A stretch of 64,000 bases of DNA from Fimbriosthenelais zetlandica. Lineage: Eukaryota. The DNA is taken from the NCBI GenBank assembly GCA_977030845.1, contig OZ365115.1, forward strand, positions 19,840,001 to 19,904,000, read 5' to 3'. This document shows, piece by piece, positions 35,109 to 49,304 of the stretch (within the stretch, counting starts at the first letter, position 1; each line of letters starts with the position of its first letter). The position numbers and the translations under genes were made by a program. The notes beneath the pieces were generated by a model. It was not told the DNA's origin. It searched no databases and saw nothing but the letters and a program-made list of their open reading frames with translations.

Positions 35109-36466
35109 GGCTAATGTTGCAACAAATAACCCCATAAGAACTTTGATCAATTGAACCCTTAATTCCACGATCAATCACTGCAATATCTGACTCCTATCAA
35201 TTATGAATTGCAATTCATGAATCAATGGCTTCTAGCTTTCAATTGATTAGCAGGGGAAAATCAAAGCAAATTACAATGAGCACCATACGCAGATGATAGA
35301 GGGAAAAAATCTAGATTTGAACGATGCCAGTTATCAAATTCAAACATTATAATCCGGAGGACTTTAAGCCTGCATGATTATCATTATTCATGATTGTAGG
35401 GAACAGGTACCAATGAAATCGATCAAAATGTCAAGTTAGTGTAAACACTGCCATTCTCGATCTGCCTGACGTCTCCATCATGCACAAAAGGAGTGTTGAA
35501 GAGACTGTTGTTGTAGCCTATTTGTCAAGCCCACACCTCACCGCTTCGCCCGTGGTTTTTTAGCCACCCTTGTCAGGTGAGTATAGTGAGGCAGAATGAG
35601 GGTATCTAAAGGCTTTAAATCCAGTCTACATTGGTTGGAAAGTAAGCACTCCTATACTGAAGAATTTACAGTCATTGAAACCTTTTCTAAAGGTATCACA
35701 GTATAGGGAAGAATACATCCACTTCCAAGTCCAAGGCTAGCTTTTTCAATCTGATCAATCCTGAGTCTGTGGGATGACCCCATAACATCCAACATATCTA
35801 AATGATTGATTTATTCCAACGAAATGCCGACATAATCACAGTATTTGTTTCACCAGGAAAGTCCAATAGAAGCATGGACATTCCTGAACGTAAAAACTCT
35901 AGCTCATTAAGTGCGTATACGCACCATACAAGGATGCTAGATGCTGAGATGGTAGGCATATATAGGGTCAGCTAAATATACTCATGTATACGAAATGCAA
36001 AACCTCATCTATACAGTTTATTTGAAATGTATTATGATAATATAACAATCGAGCTGACAATAAAAAGAGATATGACAGTTGACAACATGCATATAATATT
36101 ATAATATATAGAAAAGTACGAAATGTGGAAAAAATACAAATTCAACGCACTAGCCTTCCGGGTATAGTGTTTAAAGCTCTATGTTGGGGGCATTATCTAT
36201 AGATCAGGCCATTAATTGTCCATACCCTCGTGTCAGTAGAACAGGTAGCAAGATCCCCATACATTATTGAATGTAGGCCACATTATGTTAGTGTATGACT
36301 ATGAAGGATTGATTTGTACTGATAGGTATTTTATTAATGTCATGCTTATGGCATGGTCAGTATGATTAGACCTACTGTAACTATATTGCCTACAGAAACA
36401 TTGTAAGTCACCATGATTTCTTGGAGCACAAATAACTGTTGTCAGTAAATTAGGCCCTTGTGTCCT

Positions 36467-36617
36467 GGGCCCTATGTCAAAAGGAATATTAGCAATGCTA
36501 AGTATATGGCTAATTTTTGTTTTGAAATGGGCTCCTGGTGTCTAGGGGCCTATTTTAAAAGCAAAATTAGCAATGCTAATTAAGTCTATGGTTATTTTTT
36601 TAAATTTTGAAACCGGG
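36467..36617 (+). mobile_element. Two adjacent mini-MITE family F copies (F3 36467-36535, F4 36545-36617)
   Basis: GGGCCCTATGTCAAAAGGAATATTAGCAATGCTAAGTATATGGCTAATTTTTGTTTTGAAATGGGCTCC, then GGGGCCTATTTTAAAAGCAAAATTAGCAATGCTAATTAAGTCTATGG...TTTTGAAACCGGG. Confidence 0.8.
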
Positions 36618-37399
36618 TGATTTTTTGATCGTGATTTTTTTTTGTGAATTAATTTCCTGACATATCTGAGACTGAAGAGATTGTAACAGACTTTTTTTAT
36701 GCATACACGAACATTGCAACCTCAGGATATATGTGCGAGCTAAATCATGAATACTTCGTACTGAGATAAATTTGTAAGCTTTGTGCTGTAGAGAATACCC
36801 TTTAATAACACGGTATTAAAACCAGCCAGCCAGTCAGAGATTTACTGATTTCTCAGGGGAGTCTAGAGAAGAGGATAAATGGATTAACCGATCTGGTGAC
36901 GCGGGGGCTTTCAACTCTATTCATTGCATTCAGGGTCGCCATGAGTCTGTCTGCTTGAAACTTTGTTAGCAATGCTTGGGGTAGCAATTGTGTGAATGAG
37001 AGCAACCACGAGCAACTCTCGCCTCTTTAATAAAGATGCAGGGCCCTGTAATTTAACAAGTTTTAATCCCGCCATCCACACAATTACATCACATATTTTG
37101 CTACTAATTGCTCTTTACCATTTTCAATTATATTCCATGACTGAGTGATTTAAGTGTAGATAATGATATAACCGTGGCTTTTCAAAGGTTCCCTTGCTTT
37201 ATAATTGGGATAACTGTACACGGATAAGAGTGGAACTCAGCCATTTGTCTGGGGGAAATGTCTGTCTGGCTATCAAAGACTCTTAAACTTTCCCAGCTAG
37301 AGAGACCATTAAAAAGGCAGACCATAGAGGGAAGGGAGGGGAGGGGTGGAGACATGTGTTGTCCTTTCATTGAACACTATACCAGGATGAGTGCCTGTA

Positions 37400-37570
37400 T
37401 AGCGAAGACGAAGTGGGAACGAGAGAACCATAAAACTACACAAAACCCAGCTTCTTCACGATCCTTCAGGACATTCAAAAAGTGTGAGCACTACAAAGCT
37501 TTAAATCCTTCTTCTCATTTCTCGCTTCTAAAATCTTTAAGCGCCCATATATTCATGCATAATAATAATC
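37400..37570 (+). pseudogene. Possible decayed 3' end of a non-LTR retrotransposon ORF2
   Basis: KWERE...SFRTFKKCEHY...LLKSLSAHIF loosely resembles the W..Y..FK..E.Y..SAH pattern after the RT domain of some LINEs. Spacing is imperfect and no RT motifs were seen. Confidence 0.25.
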
Positions 37571-38985
37571 CCTTGCAAAAATACTTCAAGTTCAACTGGT
37601 AGAATTTGTGGTCAATCAACACAAGAAAAATCAATCAGTACAATTTGGGAGGAAAAAGCTGGCAATGTAATCGGTCAATACCAATTGCCCTGAAGTCAAT
37701 AATACATGGGGTAGCACAATATTGATAAAGAGATTAAAATTGATGTCGGCTTCGATAATGTTATCTGCATAAAGTTCCCACAAAATATGACCAGTAAGAA
37801 TATGGTGAAATGGAGATGTTGTAATGGCTCACACCGCAGTGATACAGTTTCATGCCCTTCCCACATAGTGGATGGACACATATTCTTCGAATATGAATCC
37901 TGCCTCTATTCTTCCATGATTTGGATTACTTTCGAGCCAAAAGATTTCTCTATCTGAGTTCACATTTTGATTTCCTGCTTTTTAATTTCCTAGAAGTATT
38001 CCTCCCCCTGTTTTTTCAGCGGATTCAATCCGCGGACGACCAGTCTGCTATGTGGAGACAGTGCTAAAGCTTCATGTGCCAATGGGATGCTTCAGATGAT
38101 TTGCCACCTGTCCCGTGCACCTGATCATCAACCGAGGACTATTCTCCGATCTCAAATAGTGTTGGAAAATTGAGTAAACGACAAGTGGCGTAGTTTTATA
38201 ACCTCGGGTGCTATTTTACAACCAGTACTGGTTCTGAAGAACTTATACATTGGCCCCTAGAGTTACGCCATTGGCATAGAATTATAGCCCACCTTTGTTA
38301 TGAAACAGGTCCATATACTTGAAAAGTATTGACAGACATTATTATTGAGGGTGTCAATAGGAATAGTATTTATGACATGTATTGTCAGGCCTAGGTTACA
38401 TCAAATCCTGTCAAGTGAAATAGGCGCAATAAACAATGTACAAGCCTGTATTACATCAACTTTATGGCAGATTTAGTAATGAATAAGTGTCGATGACCTT
38501 TGTTCTCTGTAACACCTAATACCATGAATTGACCTTTAACAATTCAGAAGACTCCCAGCCTTTTAGGTATTAATTGTGAACACGAAAATTACCGCTGGAT
38601 TGAATAACACTGTGATCCTCTGTTCGACAAATACCAGTGAACACCTGCAAGGCAATTAAATAGCGGCAAATAAATGTTTTTATTATCGATCGATTACAAA
38701 AGCTATACTACTAAACCTCCTGCAGAGCGAGAGTGGGGCAGTTTTCAGGTCCAGGAGCAAGAGTCCTGGAAAGGGGTTGCCATGGTGCGACCATGAGGTG
38801 AACGTGCCTTTATCTGTGCATTCAAGACCCATTGAATCAATCCCCAAATAAGTGTCGGAAGAACTTTGTACATCTTGTAGCGTGCTGAAGGAAATGCTGA
38901 CATTTGATCTACTGTTTGCATTTCAGATGAGAAACATGTTCTTGGATGGTAGATAGGATGGTGGTTGTTTTGAAGGCTTGAGTGT

Positions 38986-39025
38986 GGAGGTGGGGGGGAG
39001 GGGGGGGGGGGAGGTTGGGGGGAGG
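38986..39025 (+). repeat. Poly-G tract, potential G-quadruplex
   Basis: GGAGGTGGGGGGGAGGGGGGGGGGGGAGGTTGGGGGGAGG. Confidence 0.7.
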
Positions 39026-39140
39026 CACAAACTGCACGAAGGCCATTGTCATCCTTTAATTATCATTGGTCAGGGAGATCATGCACAAGGCTGAACTTTT
39101 CTAAATTTCACTAACAAAAATAATAATAAAAAAAAAATTG

Positions 39141-39240
39141 TATTCATGCTTTTATGCGAAAATGCTAAGAGAAATAAGTGGCTTGTGTACAACGCTTTCA
39201 GGCCCGTAGCGCCGAATGGCCCTGTGCGACTTTAGACTCA
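39141..39240 (+). mobile_element. MITE family D, right-end fragment D4
   Basis: GCTAAGAGAAATAAGTGGCTTGTGTACAACGCTTTCAGGCCCGTAGCGCCGAATGGCCCTGTGCGACTTTAGACTCA matches the right end of D2. Confidence 0.8.
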
Positions 39241-41241
39241 CACACATCATGCACAATTGGAAATGAAGTTAGCAACAGGAAAGGATACCATTGATTTAAA
39301 TGCTCTACCATGGCAGAGTATAGCTTCAAATATATCGAGGCCACTAAATGCCAGAATATAGGGCGCACGTGCACAGTCCAATGAACCAGAGAAGAATTCC
39401 CCGTTCCTGTTGCAATGAGCAATTCCTTCTCATAGGATAGTGTTACTCAATTATCCCTACTACTCTAGTGGTACATTATCACATTAGCTTAACTGTGAAT
39501 GTAATGCTTAGGCTGTAAAAACCGAATCATTTCCCTGGCGAAAAATCCCGACCATGACAGCTCTAGATTACCGATCAGTGTTTTATGGGATGGGTTACCG
39601 CCCAGTCCTGATCCACTATCTACAACTCACGGACGTTCTCTTGATTGCTCAGCTATATCACATACTCACCAAGATTTCATTCTGGCGCGGCTTTCCCGAG
39701 TGTTTTCCCAGCTTATCGCATGGTGAATTGTTATCTGTTAGAACTATATGTAGTTTTATCAGCTTGGTGTGATCCAATCATGTATACATAAAAGATGACG
39801 GCAGAGCCATCCATGTTATCTGTACACAAGTATAATTGGTCAATTGCACATAAGATACGACCTTATTATTTTCCTATAATTTACAGTGATGGAGATCACA
39901 AATTATAATGGAACATATTTACTGACAATGCCCTGTCAAGCTTTTCTAGTTAGGTCCAAAGGTAAATACTTGGGGTAAACCCTGGCCTTTGGGATGAGTG
40001 ACCAGGTAGTGGAATTTACCCTGTCGACCCCACTCACAGACAATGATATAGGGTTTGTAAACACTTATTCATAGCCAACATTGCCAAGTCTTGGCTATAA
40101 TTGATCACTAACTGAAGCAGGGCTATAAACGGGCACTGGATGCTTCAGTGATCCAGTGGATTCTGAGAGCTGATCATGTAACTGAGCACCTTGACAAACA
40201 TTGCCTTCTAAACAGTATACACTCGTTAGACCTTCTGGACTGAAGGCAGCTGCAGGCAGCGCACAAACATGCAGGTCACATGCTGAAGGTTGGCTTTCAT
40301 TGTGCTAATATTCCCGATATGACATCAGCCATTGTTTCAATGAAGCTATTCACTTGCAGATACAGTTATATCTATCTGTACACCCATTAATTCATCTGTG
40401 AATGACTACAGAGAAAATATGCAAAATCAGAGATCAATGATCCGATGACAAGAAGATGAAGATGAAGAAGACCAGGAAGAGATCCAGGAAGAAAAGAAGC
40501 GCACATGGAACATTAGATAACGAAGAAAGAGTCAAAGACAGAACTGCGCTCAATATTATCTTTGACAATAGTCCTTTGCGACCAAGCCCCTGCTGTCTTC
40601 TCACATGACCAAGAAAAGAAACAACAGAAAAGGTCAGGAAAACAGACTGAATATTTGCACTCGGGGAATCATGTTCACGGCAAATGAAAACAGCATAAAA
40701 CAAGGCTGATCCCTAATCATGGTTCCCTGGAGAAATTAACCCATTTCAGCCTGGAAATCAGGAAGCATGGAACCTCCATAATATGCAGAAGGCATCCACA
40801 CACATGCATCTACCACTCAACAGCCAGCCGGGGCAGATCAGTGGCCGCTGTCCTGGATAATTGTGTGACTATGCTGGATAAGTGGCACAGTTTAGAAGTT
40901 AGTCTTCGTCAATGGCAGCTTAGGTACTGGTTTTGACACCCTGGGTGGGACCAGACATACCAGGGAGGAGATGGTATGACACTGTGTCACTGTCAGGTTA
41001 GTCAACGTGAGCTGTGTAACAAGAAGATCACAGAGACCCTGAATCTCCACCGCACTGGCGCGCGGGTCTGATGAAGATAAAGCAGTTATCATATGAACAC
41101 TGATCCAGAATAGAAGCTCAACAGTTCTTATATGACAGGCAATGGGTCCCAAGAGTGAGGCCAGAGGCCTTCCAAAGTCTGCTTTAGTAGCTTGTTAGGG
41201 AGGTGTCTGGAAAGTTCACTAATTAGGTGCTGTATATCGTA

Positions 41242-41506
41242 TAGACATTCAAAAAGACATTTGACGCAAGAAATAAATCCTCGATATCCAAACGGAAGTA
41301 ACCTATGAGTCTAGTTAACCACAATCCTAAATCTGTATCATGATATGCAAAGGGAATTTTAATGGAAAAAGGTGCAGGAATAGACATTCCAATAGACATT
41401 TGACGCAAGAAATAAATCCTCGATATCAAAAGGGATGTAAATCTAACCACAATTTTAAATCTGTATCAGAATAGGCAAAGGGAATTTGAAAGGAAAAAAG
41501 TGCAGG
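41242..41506. repeat. Tandem duplication, 139-bp period x2
   Basis: Units start TAGACATTC.AA.AGACATTTGACGCAAGAAATAAATCCTCGATATC at 41242 and 41381, and both end GGAAAAA.GTGCAGG. Confidence 0.85.
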
Positions 41507-42713
41507 TAGTAGCTTTTTCCCCGCCGGTTTCACCTAATTTCCTGTTTTAATCCCACTTGCTTTGATCAGGTGCCGGATTCATAATCCACTCTTGATTGGC
41601 CTCAGGCACAAAGCACATGGGAACCAAAGAACCTGACTCACTGGGAGCTTAGACTTTTTAGGATGGAAGCACCAAACCACAATAATCCATTGGACTAAGA
41701 TGTGATTCAATGTTCTCACCTATACATTTTCTCCATCTGCATTTAAACGCATTCCATCATCAATCATATAAAATGATTCCAGTTAATAATAAGAAGATGA
41801 TGTGCTGGGATAAAATGAGTTTGAGAATGTTTTTGGGAAGCCCTCAATATGATGAATCGATCATGCCTGTCATTGATTGGTGACAGTAAGGGGAGCTATT
41901 GTACCATTGCTTTTGTACCGCTGCTACATGATCCACCTGAAAAACGAAAAGGCGACGTACGTGCCAGGTTAGCCAGCACGCAGTGTGCCCACAGCACGCT
42001 GGCCTCAGCCCTACCCTATTGATTCCTCCCGTATTTGCCCGCCCTTCTATCAACTGACCATTCATCATTTTCATCAAAGGCACCGCCTTTAGTTGCTGCT
42101 CTGCAACAGGGCAGACATAATCAGAGCGTAAAGCCATATACCTTAGCCTTAGCTATCTTATGAGTGGCATTAGCCGCATTATTGTGGCACATACAAACAC
42201 AGGTGGATACATACATCTTTGTTATATTCGTGCAGGATATAATTTATCTTTGTTTCCCAGGAAATGTGGGCTATTGTGGACCAAAGGGGATAATAAAGCT
42301 GTTCCATGGTTAGCATTAGAAAACCTGCATTCATTGGTATATCCATTTGTACTCAATTGACATTGAATTTTAATTTGTCAATTTGGAGATCACTGATAGT
42401 AGAAAAACTCAGTGAAGGGAGATATTGACCTCATTGAAACAAACCTACTGCTATGGGACCCCTGTACAGGATGTTTGATTCTGCAGGGACATTTCTATGC
42501 AGGGCTGATTAGGATAACCAATTATTGGTGATGTTTGATTAGATAACATCCTAAAACCAAGGATGAAGCTACAGCAAATCACTTGAGACCTGATGTTTGT
42601 TAAATATTTTAACTTTGTGACTCATGAGGCAGCTTTTCGACTTCAGTCCCATAGTCAAATGACTTCAATAGTAGGATGCACTACATGAGCCATGCAATGT
42701 TATTTTTATTGCC

Positions 42714-42894
42714 TAAGCTGCGATTTTGTTTCCAACACTAAAGATGCTTGTGCCGCAAGAAAATTAATATATTGTGGTCCAAGCGTCCAAGGCCTTAAGG
42801 GTGGCCTCGACTGGTACATTTTTCATTGCGACGTAAACATCACTTTTGTCGCAGTAGTGTCGCAAGCAAAATCGCAGCACTTGAGTACAGGCTT
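42714..42894 (+). mobile_element. MITE family A, copy A2 (left TIR partly deleted)
   Basis: GCTGCGATTTTG ... CCAAGGCCTTAAGG ... CATCACTTTTGTCGCAGTAGTGTCGCAAGCAAAATCGCAGCACTTGAGTACAGGCTT followed by TA. Confidence 0.85.
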
Positions 42895-43480
42895 TAAGCA
42901 ATATACTCTTTCTTCTCAAACGTCCCCCAGGGATCAGGCGTAGACTAGAAAATAAGATTACGCATGATCCCCTAATTGGTGCAATCATAGACTAACTGGT
43001 CCTCCACTTGAAGTTCTCTAAGAGAAGCAGATATGAGAGAGATCTCTAGTGAGCATGTTTTAGGCATGTAATTTACAGGATATACATGCCTACAGGGGAC
43101 TATATTGTTGATGGTTTTTTCTGATGTTCATCCATCCCAGGGCCCTCAGGAGTATAGCAGCCACCATAATGCTAATCAATTCTTGTATGTTGGGAAATGT
43201 TAATGAGTCTCAAGTGGGGTGGTCACTGAGAGACCGAGCATGGCCCGTGGAAACAAGGTTAGTTGACAAGGCCAATGGTAGGTCAGGGACAAGCATGGAA
43301 CTGACCACTCGGACAGTTTACATCAACAGAGGACCTGACAGGTACCCATGCTTCTATAGATGAATGCTTGTCTGACAGTGTTTGTACTTGTGAGTAGGAA
43401 CACAGTCATACCCGTATTAAGATCATTAATATACATATTGCTTTATGACCCTATCTTTTACCTGTTTCACTATCCCCCTA

Positions 43481-43699
43481 TTGTACAATAAAATCGTTGA
43501 TGGCGAGGGATCGGCGAGGGTACCCTCGCGGAGAGATTGCATTGACCAAGCAATGTTTTTGAGAAAACACTGCTTGGCTAATGCAATAACAAGCAGTTGT
43601 CCCCAAGCTCTTTTTTCAAAAAAGCAGCACTTCAACAATGCAATCGCTGGACGAGGGCACCCTCGCCGATCCCTCGCCATCGACGATTTTATTGTACAA
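43481..43699. mobile_element. MITE family G with ~48-bp TIRs (single copy here)
   Basis: TTGTACAATAAAATCGTTGATGGCGAGGGATCGGCGAGGGTACCCTCG / CGAGGGCACCCTCGCCGATCCCTCGCCATCGACGATTTTATTGTACAA with 2 mismatches. Outer ends and TSD uncertain. Confidence 0.85.
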
Positions 43700-43744
43700 C
43701 GCCTGGTATATGTGGTACCCATGGCGATGGTGTTCTGATGACTA

Positions 43745-43900
43745 AAGGTGGGACTCACTGCTGCGATTTTGCTTGCGACACTACTGCAACAAAGGTGATG
43801 CTTGTATTACAATAAAATTCACAAATTGTGGTAGAACTTTCCAAGGCCTTAGGGCCATCCTCCACTGGCACATTTCTCACTGTGACACCAGCATCACAAT
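43745..43900 (+). mobile_element. MITE family A, copy A3 (right end missing)
   Basis: TA-AAGGTGGGACTCACTGCTGCGATTTTGCTTGCGACACTACTGCAACAAAGGTGATGCTTG ... CCAAGGCCTTAGGGCCATCCTCCACTGG. Confidence 0.85.
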
Positions 43901-46900
43901 GGCAAAGGGATTTTTTCAAGGCATTCAAGAGAAACATTTAGTTACTTTTTCATTTCAGTAGCCATGCATGAATGACTACCAACATTGAGCACCACTTAAA
44001 GAAAAAAAAATCCCCCGAAAAAAAAACCTTACATGTACCAGCCCACAAAAGTACATTCAGCAATACAAATCATGTAGAAGCACCAACAAAATGTTAGTCA
44101 AAGCAGACTACAGTTGCAGCAGTAGTACACCTTCACGATTTTTATACGTTCGCTAGATTTTCTGATCATGTATTTGCAATGTGTCTGGGGAGATGCATCT
44201 ATATATGGAGGTACATAACAATAGCTGCTAGATTAAGTACAGTAGTTTATAATTCATATCTCGAGGTAAATGGAGGCTTTGGAAGGCAATGGCTGTCAGT
44301 CTGCATTGTTGGTCGTTGTGCTACCTCCATAATGGAAGCTGATCATGTAGTCTGGTAGGTTTTGCACTAATTGCCTAACCAGTCCCTAACACATCAGATT
44401 TGATTGACTTGTACTGATCAGATTTCCATGCTCAATATTGGCCTATTCCACTTTGTCCGGACCTCAACCTTTCCAATCCTTCCACTTCAAACTTTCGGGT
44501 TCTCCCTTATTCTGTTATTTTGATTTGGGAATAATAATTAATTGCAAAATTAATTGTGTCTCTAATGTTTATAATGTCACTGAAGAGGGTGAAGCAATGC
44601 CTTCAGGCCATAATGCTGAGGGGGGCAATGTTTCACTCGCTAGGCAGGGTGAGTTGCCCCACGCAAGATCTATCCATTGGCATTGGTGTGCAGTTTCATC
44701 CAATGGTTTTTTTTGTGCCCCAGTGCATGAAGCCTTTTATCATCACAATTTAAATGTTTATAATGCATAAGGTTCATTAATTTAAGTGTGTCAGCAAAAG
44801 AACCATGAAATGCATTGGCTCTTGTTATAAACACTGCAATGCTTAACTGATGGTTATTAGTTGAGGTTCCCAACTTCCCTGGTCAATTGGGAATATGAAA
44901 GTTCTTCTCAGGTCAAATAATATGACCAAACACTTCTTTTTTACAGAAAATCTGGTAGAGTGGCTCTAGGGCCATGTGCATGATATGCCATAGATGTCAA
45001 ACAATTGCAATGTCTCAATACGTGTTGCTTCTTCATGCCCACGTCTACCCATGCAGTAAAGCCCAGGGCAATGATATACAATACTGTTACGCCTGGTTAA
45101 ACACCACAGAATTGTGGAAATAAACATCAGATCAGAATACTAATCTATACGGCTATATTATTATAATATATTTTAAAATTATCACTCAAGTGTACAGTTT
45201 ATAAAGACTACATACATGTAAACATATATATTTCGTCTGTCAGGTTTTACTTTGGTGACAGTGCAATCAATGACAGTGTTCAATATTTGTCATAATGGAA
45301 GAAATCAATTTTCCTTAATTTCTTTAATATAAGTTTTACTCTAAAGGCTTAAGCAATACTAGGAAAAGGTGTGAACGAACACGGGACACAGGTGAAAGTA
45401 GAGGATGAACAGACCGTTGGAGGAGGGTAATTGCTGAAAAAACCCTCATGGGAAGAGCAACTCTATCCAACACCTCTACCTCTACCGCCATAGCTCCCAG
45501 CAGTTTCTCTATTGATATGCATAGGTCCCATATTAACCCGTCCACCACAATTATTGGATATAGAGGTGGTTGCACGTGGGAATGAAGAGATTTTCTGCTG
45601 ACACAGCCTGTTCCGCTCTTACACCTCTTACCTTGGTGATGTATATCACAGCTTTATCGTTCAGGTTGTGGACAGGATCCCATTCCTCTGGAATCCAATG
45701 GCCACATTAGCTGCCATGTAATGGAGGGTACCCAATAGACACGTTTTCATGCAATCAACACTATATAAAGTACTCTTTTCTTTTATGGGTAATTTGGTGG
45801 AAAGGTGCAACATTGGGTGGAGATATTTATAACTAAAGATACGTGAAAGATTTTAGAATTTAAGGATGTCAATCAAGAATGACATGATGATCCTGTTAAA
45901 TTTGTATTATTTTCTCGCTATCAAATGAGTGTCAGTTGTTTTCCAACAATATTAGATAGTGAGGATATAGATTATTGAGACCTTTGGATAAAAGCGAATG
46001 ATTAAAATATGAAAATCATATTAAAATTATCCGAATCATGGAAATGTCAGGAACTTCAGCCAAGTGCCTCTCTATTAACGTGCAATCGCAATTCTCTTGA
46101 CTTTCAATAGTCATGTGGAAAAATTAGGCTGAGCTCAAAGTAGGTTCCGGGGGGACATCCGAGTGCATTTTATATATGGTCTTCTTATCAACCAATCATA
46201 GAGCCTTGTGATGTCACATGTGGCCATGGTGATACCCCCAGTTCATTGTTGCCCGCACGTTCTCCTGGGAATGTTTGTCAGTTTCCTCTCATTATCGGAA
46301 GCTGTCACAAAATTCACGGGTCAGGACGGAAGCGACACTTAACACAAGTACGATGTTGAGCAGGGGGGAGATTTCAAAAGAAACATAGGCCTACTCTATT
46401 AGACCATAGATTAACATGGGACACTTCCTGTTTCCACTCCATAGAGTTCACTTCAGATCATTATCGTAACGCAATCGCAAGCACCGAAATAATGAAAATT
46501 ACATAATTTTTTTAAAACTCTAAATATGATTTATAATGCTCTTGCAGTTAAATACCATATCCATATGGTCACACTCAGGGAGCAGTACAAACGGGTTAAA
46601 TATGAGTGTATTTAGTTATAGATAGCATCCCTTTGAACGCGAAACATCTGGTTTGCGAGCTTGCCTGCAGTAAATTGCCCCTAATTTGTACCTACTTGAT
46701 AATCACTTCTAAGCTTCGGCTCACAAGACAGAAACAAACAGTGGTCTGTTGACATGTCTTGGTCTAGTGTTTGCAGAATTCACCAGATTCTCTCCACCTC
46801 TCCTATCCGCATCTCTCCTTCCCTGTTCCAAGCTGAAACAAAAAGCAAAAGCTTCAATGCAATTGTATCTGCTTCTCTATTCACAATAACGAGTGCTGTA

Positions 46901-49304
46901 TTGAATTGTAAGGTGATTCTAAGAACCATTTCTTGTCTGATTACAAATTATTAAACCATTCAAAAAAGATTAAGATCGAGTGAGAGAAGATAATGGAGCA
47001 ATAATCAACTTGGGCCCCAAGAGGAGCATTGTTCATACAGGGTAGGAAATTCTACAGTCAAGATTCAATTGGCAGCATCCAAAACTTATGGCAAATAGCA
47101 GTGTCCCAAATGACGCTGAGCATGGAAATTCCTCGGGTGTTGCATACAATTAATCTAAGGTGGCATCAGTATTTCTCTCTCAGCAGTACACAACACTTGA
47201 AGTTTTATGACAACGGAGTAATCTCTCTGGTTGTTGACATAAGCACAAACCCATCTGGATTCTATCTCACATTGGTCAGCACTTTTTTCTCGCCATTCTG
47301 ATTCTAAATTATAAGAGATCCAATACTCATAGTGTTCATCATTCATTACGTGGCATATTTTCCATCATCCTCCCTATAACAATATAGCCAATCTCCCCCT
47401 GCAGTGTAAACCCAGGGTTCCAGCTTAATCTCCTAGCGTTGGTGGAGAGAGAATAAGCTGAGAAATACTCATAAAACTTCCTCTCTATGACTTCATCAAG
47501 ATATTTCATTTTGAACCAAGAAATTGTTAAAGGGATACAGACGAAACAGCGAACCAGAAATATTGGATCGGGACATCACAAATTCATAGCATCGGGACTG
47601 TTTTACGAAAGGCAAACAAAGAACTCCTTTAAGAACTAAGATTAATAAATTCCAAAAGTATCCACCGGAAGTAATTTCGTAGTGAAAATCTCTCTGAATG
47701 ATGGCTTTCTGCTTGGATATTATCCCCCAAATGATAGATATGACATTATCCACATTCACACTGCCTTATCAAATGAAATTTATCTCTTTGTACTCCATAG
47801 CCTGCAATGGCTTCGATTTCACCCTCCGTACTTCAAGGAAGATATGATCCCATTGGGATCTACATTGTGTGAGGAATCTGTTTAAGTATTAAGAGCTAAG
47901 AGGACACACAATAGGTTACCAGGCAATAAAGCCCGTCATATAGCACCTGGATCTAACACTGAAAACATTTCCTATGTGATTCCTACCTAAAACACGTACT
48001 TGTCACCAATAGGAACCTAGCCCAAGACTCTCTGCTCCCCAGTCCTACCTCTATGAGCCAAAGCCACTCAGCTTTTTGTGTGCATACATTGATTGATTTT
48101 ATCTATCAACAACCTGCCCAACACATTCAGTTTGTTTTTATGTTCCCATTTTTAGCATTAAAAATTCACCAGCAAATGAAGTTAAGCCCATACATCATGG
48201 TCCTGAATGGGGTCCCATTGAGTGGCCTGACTGGAGTTGAAAAGTGGACAACAACATTACAGACATCCCAGTCACAAAAGTTGGTTCAAAGAGGGTTTAA
48301 TCAATAATCAATACATGTGAAGATAATAAGGCCATTTTGAATGTTAATATTTCAGTGGGATAATGAATCAAAATTCATGCCTATAGATTCCAAAAACGAA
48401 TCTGCCCCGGGAGATAATAATAAAAAAAAATGTATGCTTAGAAATCTGGCTTTAGAACCAACACATCTCATGATTTAAGACATACATGCCGGCTGAATAA
48501 TTCCGAAATTTTGGTGAATTATGAAGTCATGGGGATTCCGAGGGCACAAATTGTCCTATAAAACATGACCATGCATGCATTATGCCAGGAGTCCTCCGTT
48601 CAAACGTGCGGTGAAAAAATAGATTAGAAATTAGTTAAGCTTGGTACGTGCGAGAATCTGAGTATAACTGGGAGTAATTAAGGAATGCAGGCAAATTAGC
48701 AAATATAGACGTTTGTGAATCAATGGATCACCTCGTCTCTGGCACACCTGCAAAAGAGAGCAAACAGAGGCAACTCAGGAGCGCTCGTGATGTCATAACA
48801 CTCCAAGTGATGGAACGCAAACAAATCATGATGTTCGTTTCGGAAGAGGGGGATGGCAGGGGGGCCGGAGCTGGGGTTACATCTTCGAATGCGTGCATAG
48901 AGCCTACCTGAATATCCACACATGCATGTCCTACACATCAATATGTATGGAATTCTGCATATTATCCACGTTAAAGAAGCCTGACATAACAAATATCTGA
49001 TGACATGTGTTCATAGACAGGCAGATATGTTTGTTTACTGGGACAGGGGAACGAGACAAACCTACTTTGAATCCACCTTCATCCGTAGAAAGCCTTTATA
49101 TATCCTACTAGAATTGGGGAACTTTTTAAAGGTGAGGGAACTTGAAGGAACTTAAGGTAACCATAGGGAACGTCATGGCATCCGTGGAAGACCTTGGTAG
49201 ACCCCACTTAAACGTGGACATTGAATCATTGGGACTCACACAACCTAACATGGCTTGTTCAGAATTGGAAATTAAACAAAAAATCCAAGTTTTAGTACGA
49301 TTAA

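Noticed and set aside
40434-40703. Hydrophobic 89-aa minus-strand ORF and E/K-rich plus-strand frames
   Set aside because: Explained by a GAA-rich low-complexity tract; the plus-strand frames are interrupted by stops.
43426-43815. Three overlapping ORFs of 72-110 aa
   Set aside because: They span the GC-rich palindromic MITE G, which depletes stop codons on both strands.
45630-45710. CGHWIPEEWDP resembling the alpha/beta-hydrolase catalytic His region, before an AAG|GTAAGA donor
   Set aside because: An in-frame TAA lies immediately upstream and only a poor acceptor follows it.
47532-47630. TTAA-AGG...CCT-TTAA suggesting a Kolobok-type element
   Set aside because: The inverted match is only 3 bp and there is no second copy in the window.
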